DNA from: Oscillospiraceae bacterium
GTDB lineage: Bacteria; Bacillota; Clostridia; Oscillospirales; Oscillospiraceae
Length of the DNA: 50,246 bases
Direction of reading: 5' to 3'
Assembly: GCA_902795885.1 (NCBI GenBank)
Contig: CADBNC010000208.1
Location: 1 to 50,246 of the forward strand
Shown here piece by piece: positions 45,617 to 50,246 of the stretch; positions within the stretch are counted from its first letter, which is position 1; every line of letters begins with the position of its first letter. Position numbers and translations under genes: made by a program. A model generated the notes under the pieces. It made no database searches. It had not been told where the DNA came from and was given only the letters and a program-made list of their open reading frames with translations.

Positions 45617-47845
45617 ATGATTGCAAGAGTCGTACTTGCCGATATCCCCTATGCGATAGACAGACCCTATGACTATCTGGTCCCGGAGCAGCTGGAGGAG
45701 ACCATCCGGCCCGGCTGCAGGGTGACAGTGCCATTTTCCCGCAATGACAGGATTACAGATGGTATTGTGATTGCGCTCTGTGAGGCAAGCGATTATCCGG
45801 ACTGCAAATTTCTTTGCACTGCAGAAGCAGAGCCCGCGTTCAGCCCAGCGTTCATTCAGCTTGCGCTGTTTATCCGGGAGCGGTATTTCTGTACCGCATA
45901 TGAAGCTTTTCGCATCATGATTCCCGCCGGGTTCTGGTTCGGCAAAAACGGAAAGCGAAGGGCAAACGACAAGGTTACGCAGATGGCACGTCTCCTGACT
46001 GAACCTGCTGAAACCGCCCTCGTAATGGAGCAGAAACGCAAAAAAGCACCCCGGCAGGCTGAAATACTGGACCTGCTGAACCAGTTTGAAATCCTTCCGG
46101 TACAGGATCTTCTGGCTTTTGCCGGTTCCGGTCGCGACAGTATCCGAAAGCTTGCCAATGAGGGAATCGTAGAGCTTTTTGAAAAGGAAGTATACAGGAG
46201 ACCTGTCCTGGAAGCTGAGGCCAGAGAGGAACTGCCGGAGCTCAGCGACGAACAGAAGCGGGTTTTCATGGAAATCAGGGCCTCGCTCACGTCGGAAAAA
46301 CCAGGGCTGCTGTATGGTGTAACCGGCAGCGGAAAGACAACGGTCTATGCGCATCTGATTCAGAGCGTGCTGGCAGAAGGCCGGTCGGCGATTCTTCTTG
46401 TTCCGGAAATTGCTCTGACACCGCAGATGCTTCGGACCTTTACCATGTGGTTCGGTGACAAGATTGCCCTTATGCACAGCGGGCTTTCTGTCGGTGAGCG
46501 CTACGATGAGTGGAAGCGCATCAAACGTGGTGAGGCCTCCTTGGTGATCGGTACCCGCAGCGCTGTTTTCGCGCCCTGTCAGGATCTTGGGCTGATTATC
46601 ATGGATGAAGAGCAGGAAGAGAGCTATTATTCCGAATCTTCACCAAGATACAGGGCCAGGGATATTGCCAGGTATCGCGCTCTGAAGGAAAATGCCAGTG
46701 TGCTTTTTGGTTCCGCAACACCGGATCTGCGGAGCATGTATCATGCGCAGAAGAAGGATTATACCCTCTTTCAGCTGAGTTCCCGTTATAATCAGAATCC
46801 TCTCCCGCCGGTTCATATCATTGACATGCGCGAAGAACTGCGGGCCGGGCGGAACAGTCTGATCAGCAGAACACTGCATGATGCGATTCTGGAAAGAATG
46901 ACGCGGGATGAGCAGAGTATTCTTTTCCTGAACCGGCGTGGCACCAATCAGTTTGTCACCTGCATGGAATGCGGATTTGTATATTATTGCCCGCACTGCA
47001 GTGTGGCCATGACCTGGCATGCAAGACAGCGGCGGCTGATCTGCCATTATTGCGGCACACAGCGAAGACCGCAATCTGCCTGCCCCAACTGTGGGGGAGA
47101 GCTTGGCTATATCGGCGCCGGTACGCAGAAAATCGAGGCAGAGCTGGAAGAGATGTTTCCGGATACCCCAATTCTGCGTGTTGATGCCGACAGCATCAGC
47201 GGATCATCGCACCGTGAACTGTTCAATCGCTTTATCAGCCAGAAAATCCCGATCATGATTGGCACGCAGATGATCGCAAAGGGCCTTAACTTTGATAATG
47301 TCACGCTGGTGGGCATCCTTTCCGCTGATCAGAGCCTTTATATGAATGACTACCGGTCAGGTGAGAAAAGCTTTTCCCTGTTTACGCAGGTGATTGGACG
47401 TTGCGGCCGTTCGCAGAAGCCCGGTGAAGCCTATATTCAGACTTATACACCGAACAACGAGATCATCCGGCTTGCTGCCAGACAGGATTATGACGCCTTC
47501 TACCAGTCCGAGATCCGGGCACGGTCCATTCAGGATGCACCTCCCTTTGCCGACTGGGTTTCCATCACATGTGTAGGCAAAGATGAAAGGGCAATTCTCG
47601 TGGCCCTGAACCGAATTAAATCCAGGCTCATGCTGGAATTTGCAGAGAACCAGCACATCCTGATCAACGACCCATCTCCTTTACCGGTTGTTCGGGTTAA
47701 TGACCAGTTCCGATACAGGCTTCTGCTTTCCTGCAGACTGGATAAATACACCCGCAGGGTTCTTTCCGAGCTGCTGAAAGACTGTTCGCGCGACAGGGAA
47801 ATGCGCGGCATTTACCTTGGGATAGAAACAGATCCATTATTCTGA
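45617..47845 (+). CDS. priA: Primosomal protein N' (PriA helicase)
   Basis: GVTGSGKTTVY, IIMDEEQEESY, Cys-rich Zn-binding region CMECG...CPHCS...CHYCG...CPNCG, GTQMIAKG. Confidence 0.95.
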   Translation: MIARVVLADIPYAIDRPYDYLVPEQLEETIRPGCRVTVPFSRNDRITDGIVIALCEASDYPDCKFLCTAEAEPAFSPAFIQLALFIRERYFCTAYEAFRIMIPAGFWFGKNGKRRANDKVTQMARLLTEPAETALVMEQKRKKAPRQAEILDLLNQFEILPVQDLLAFAGSGRDSIRKLANEGIVELFEKEVYRRPVLEAEAREELPELSDEQKRVFMEIRASLTSEKPGLLYGVTGSGKTTVYAHLIQSVLAEGRSAILLVPEIALTPQMLRTFTMWFGDKIALMHSGLSVGERYDEWKRIKRGEASLVIGTRSAVFAPCQDLGLIIMDEEQEESYYSESSPRYRARDIARYRALKENASVLFGSATPDLRSMYHAQKKDYTLFQLSSRYNQNPLPPVHIIDMREELRAGRNSLISRTLHDAILERMTRDEQSILFLNRRGTNQFVTCMECGFVYYCPHCSVAMTWHARQRRLICHYCGTQRRPQSACPNCGGELGYIGAGTQKIEAELEEMFPDTPILRVDADSISGSSHRELFNRFISQKIPIMIGTQMIAKGLNFDNVTLVGILSADQSLYMNDYRSGEKSFSLFTQVIGRCGRSQKPGEAYIQTYTPNNEIIRLAARQDYDAFYQSEIRARSIQDAPPFADWVSITCVGKDERAILVALNRIKSRLMLEFAENQHILINDPSPLPVVRVNDQFRYRLLLSCRLDKYTRRVLSELLKDCSRDREMRGIYLGIETDPLF

Positions 47846-47883
47846 GCTGAGAGATTATTAAAACATATACGCAGGAGTTCAAC

Positions 47884-48396
47884 ATGGCTTTAAGGAAAAT
47901 ACTGACAGAAGAAGATCCGGCATTATACAGAAAATGCCGGCTGGTTACAGACTTTAACCCCCGTCTTCATCAGCTGATCGACGATATGCGGGATACTCTG
48001 GGCGAAGCGGATGGCGTAGGTCTGGCCGCTCCGCAGGTGGGCGTTCTGCGCCGCGTCGCGATTGTGCTGGAAACAAATGTTCCTGAAGAGGACGAGCCGT
48101 ATATTATCGAGCTCATCAATCCGGAAATCATTCTGGCGGAAGGCGAGCAGCACGAGGCAGAGGGCTGCCTGAGCGTCCCCGGTGAATACGGGGTTGTTCA
48201 GCGTCCGGCTCACGTGCGTGTAAGAGCGCAGGACAGATTCGGAGAATATTTCGAGGTGGAGGGCACCGGGCTTACAGCACGCTGCTTCTGCCACGAGATT
48301 GACCATCTCGACGGGATTGTTTTCAAGCAGAAATGTGAGAGAATGCTGTCGCAGGAAGAGCTTCAGCAGATTGAACAGGACAGGGATCAGGAATAA
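47884..48396 (+). CDS. def: Peptide deformylase
   Basis: GVGLAAPQVG, EGCLSVPG and HEIDHLDG, the three Pdf motifs. Confidence 0.95.
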   Translation: MALRKILTEEDPALYRKCRLVTDFNPRLHQLIDDMRDTLGEADGVGLAAPQVGVLRRVAIVLETNVPEEDEPYIIELINPEIILAEGEQHEAEGCLSVPGEYGVVQRPAHVRVRAQDRFGEYFEVEGTGLTARCFCHEIDHLDGIVFKQKCERMLSQEELQQIEQDRDQE

Positions 48397-48397
48397 T

Positions 48398-49351
48398 ATG
48401 CGGATAGTCTTTATGGGAACGCCCGATTTTGCAGAAGCGTCCCTGGCTGCACTGGTGGAAGACGGTCAGACCGTCTGTGCCGTGTATACCCAGCCGGACA
48501 GGCCAAAGGGGAGAGGCATGCAGATGAGCATTTCCCCGGTCAAGGCTTTTGCAATGGAAAAGGGCATTCCGGTTTTCCAACCGGAAAAACTTCGGGACCC
48601 GGAAGAGGTTGAGAAGCTCCGGAGCCTGAAGCCGGATCTGATTGTGACGGCAGCCTATGGGAAGCTTATCCCGGATGAGATGCTTGCCATACCGGGCTTT
48701 GGTGCCATCAATCTTCATGGTTCCATTCTGCCGCGCTATCGCGGGGCGGCTCCAATTCAGTGGGCAGTTCTGAACGGGGACCAGACAACCGGTGTGACCA
48801 CCTTTTATCTGACGCATCAGATGGATGCAGGGGATATCATCTTTTCGGAAGAAACTGCCATCGGCGAATACGAAACATCCGGTGAACTCTTTGAGCGCCT
48901 GAAGATTCTGGGGGCGTCGCTGCTGGTTCGTACGGTTCATGCAATAGCCGACGGCACCGCTCCGCGCATCCCGCAGAACCATGAGGAAGCCACTTCTGTG
49001 GGGCGTCTGGACAAATCCATGTCGCCCATCCAGTGGAACAAAACCCCCAGAGAGATTATCAAATGGATTTATGGCATGCAGCCATGGCCTGTTGCGACCA
49101 TGAGACTTGGCGGGGAGACCTGCAAGGTTTTTGGCGCAGTCTATACGGATCATCACACCCAGGAGCAACCGGGTACGGTGGTGTCTGCGGATAAAAACGG
49201 GATTGAAGTTGCCTGCGCCTCCGGCGGGACTGTTCTGATCACAGAAGTCCAGAAACCCGGCAAACGCCGCATGACTGCAGCAGAATATCTTAGGGGAAAT
49301 CCCCTGAAAAACCTCCCGCTGGTTCCTGAAGCGCCGGAAAGCGAACTATGA
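48398..49351 (+). CDS. fmt: Methionyl-tRNA formyltransferase
   Basis: MRIVFMGTPDFA, QPDRPKGRG, NLHGSILPRYRGAAPIQ. The start is 1 nt after the def stop. Confidence 0.95.
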   Translation: MRIVFMGTPDFAEASLAALVEDGQTVCAVYTQPDRPKGRGMQMSISPVKAFAMEKGIPVFQPEKLRDPEEVEKLRSLKPDLIVTAAYGKLIPDEMLAIPGFGAINLHGSILPRYRGAAPIQWAVLNGDQTTGVTTFYLTHQMDAGDIIFSEETAIGEYETSGELFERLKILGASLLVRTVHAIADGTAPRIPQNHEEATSVGRLDKSMSPIQWNKTPREIIKWIYGMQPWPVATMRLGGETCKVFGAVYTDHHTQEQPGTVVSADKNGIEVACASGGTVLITEVQKPGKRRMTAAEYLRGNPLKNLPLVPEAPESEL

Positions 49352-50246
49352 TCTCACCTGCCAGAACAGCTGCCCTATCCGCGCTCATACAGGAAAGCCC
49401 GTCCTTTCCGTGTGAAAAGGATGCCGACAGGCACCTTGCAGAGCGCCTGTACTATGGGGTTATCCAGAATGAACGCTTTCTGGATGCCTGCCTTGCGCTC
49501 TATATGAAATCTGCCCCGAAGAGGATGAAGCCCCAGCTACATCTGATCCTGAGACTGTCTGCCTATCAGATCCTGTTTCTGGACAGGATCCCTGCCTCTG
49601 CTGCGGTGAATGACGCAGTGGCACTCTGCCGGCAGCGCAAAATGGACTTTGCAGCGGGCTTCGTCAATGCGGTTCTGCGGAACCTTGCCAGAAATCGGGA
49701 AGAGGTTCTTTCCTGCCCCTGGGAGCCACCCGTGCGATACAGTCATCCGGACTGGCTTTATGCAAGCCTGTCAGAAGATTTCAGCCCGGCGCTCGCCGAT
49801 GCTTTTCTGACTGAAAACCAGATCCTGCCTGGCATCAGACTTCAGGTAAACACGCTGAAGATGGATTTGACGGGATTTCTGGAGAAGTTATCTGCTGCCG
49901 GTATTCCGACACTCGATACCAACCGCACGCTTTCTTCTCTCCTTGTCCCAGCCATGCCCGTTGAGAATATTCCGGGCTATCGGGAAGGCTGCTTCTTCGT
50001 GCAGGACGACGCGGCTCGGATGGCTGTGCACCTGGCCGGACCGTTTCAAGGCCGCCGGGTTCTGGACGTATGCTGCGCCCCTGGAGGGAAGAGCATGGCC
50101 TCTGTTCTGGAAGGTGCCGAAAGCGTCACCGCGTGTGATATCAGTGCCAAAAGGCTTCGGCGCTGCCGGGACAATTTTGAGAGAATGCAGTTTTCGGTTT
50201 CCTGCCGCGAACAGGACGCCTCTGTTCTGAACGGGGAGTTTTGTTC
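49348..50246 (+). CDS. rsmB: 16S rRNA (cytosine967-C5)-methyltransferase RsmB, 3' end outside the window
   Basis: I translated this by hand; it is absent from the ORF track because there is no stop in the window. It starts MISPARTAALSAL..., with a NusB-like N-domain, then GYREGCFFVQDDAA and VLDVCCAPGGKS (SAM motif). ATGA overlap with fmt. Confidence 0.88.
   Translation, partial: MISPARTAALSALIQESPSFPCEKDADRHLAERLYYGVIQNERFLDACLALYMKSAPKRMKPQLHLILRLSAYQILFLDRIPASAAVNDAVALCRQRKMDFAAGFVNAVLRNLARNREEVLSCPWEPPVRYSHPDWLYASLSEDFSPALADAFLTENQILPGIRLQVNTLKMDLTGFLEKLSAAGIPTLDTNRTLSSLLVPAMPVENIPGYREGCFFVQDDAARMAVHLAGPFQGRRVLDVCCAPGGKSMASVLEGAESVTACDISAKRLRRCRDNFERMQFSVSCREQDASVLNGEFC

Noticed and set aside
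49943-50230. A 95-aa plus-strand ORF near the window end.
   Set aside because: It is out of frame within rsmB, whose own frame (49348 onward) carries the FFVQDDAA and CAPGGKS methyltransferase motifs.
1-50246. I scanned for CRISPR repeats, IS/transposase or integrase genes, prophage genes, toxin-antitoxin pairs and known defence-system hallmarks (e.g. nuclease/helicase/ATPase islands, reverse transcriptases).
   Set aside because: I recognised none. The only helicases are the housekeeping PcrA and PriA in conserved contexts. The only notable DNA repeat is the in-frame His/Cys module at 30310-30489. The tRNA-Ser at the left edge could border an island lying outside the window, but nothing inside the window suggests integration.

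Overview
This 50.2 kb window looks like core chromosome from a Gram-positive Clostridia-class Firmicute. That assignment is an inference from gene content and synteny; GC looks mid-50s % by eye and was not computed. Nearly every base is explained by about 48 tightly packed, mostly housekeeping genes in classic Firmicute arrangements. These are: tRNA-Ser | yvcK | smc-ftsY | yhbY-nadD/yqeK-rsfS-leuS | rpsU | dut | ackA <> tmcAL | a livJHMGF-type ABC transporter plus nagB | TetR | pfk | a giant activase/dehydratase-like fusion | comEA-like plus OmpR/HK two-component system <> dac | two CobW-like genes, HAD and GT2 | Zn-ribbon membrane protein | rluD-like | DUF4342 | pcrA <> prfC | FTCD-like | cdaA-cdaR-rseC-like | yicC-remA-gmk-rpoZ-priA-def-fmt-rsmB. 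I found no CRISPR array, rRNA, transposase, integrase, phage gene or recognisable defence module, and no large unexplained non-coding stretch. I therefore cannot point to a clear-cut novel system. The least ordinary loci are: (1) A tightly coupled pair of COG0523/G3E-like genes at 29.7-31.7 kb. The first carries a duplicated His6-DDEECDDPECEC-His6 module. The second is a degenerate P-loop domain fused to a DUF1980/YcgQ-like 'MTCC' domain. A palindrome overlaps their promoter, and HAD and GT2 genes follow immediately. (2) A 1409-aa protein with two BcrAD/BadFG-type ATPase domains fused to DUF2229/dehydratase-like domains, with an inverted repeat at its promoter. (3) A comEA-like gene translationally coupled to a two-component system and divergent from a D,D-carboxypeptidase gene. 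(4) A NadD-YqeK fusion and an SMC of only about 1003 aa with short arms. CDS coordinates come from the supplied ORF track, with start codons re-chosen using RBS and conserved N-termini. Family assignments rest on motifs I recognise by eye, not on database searches.
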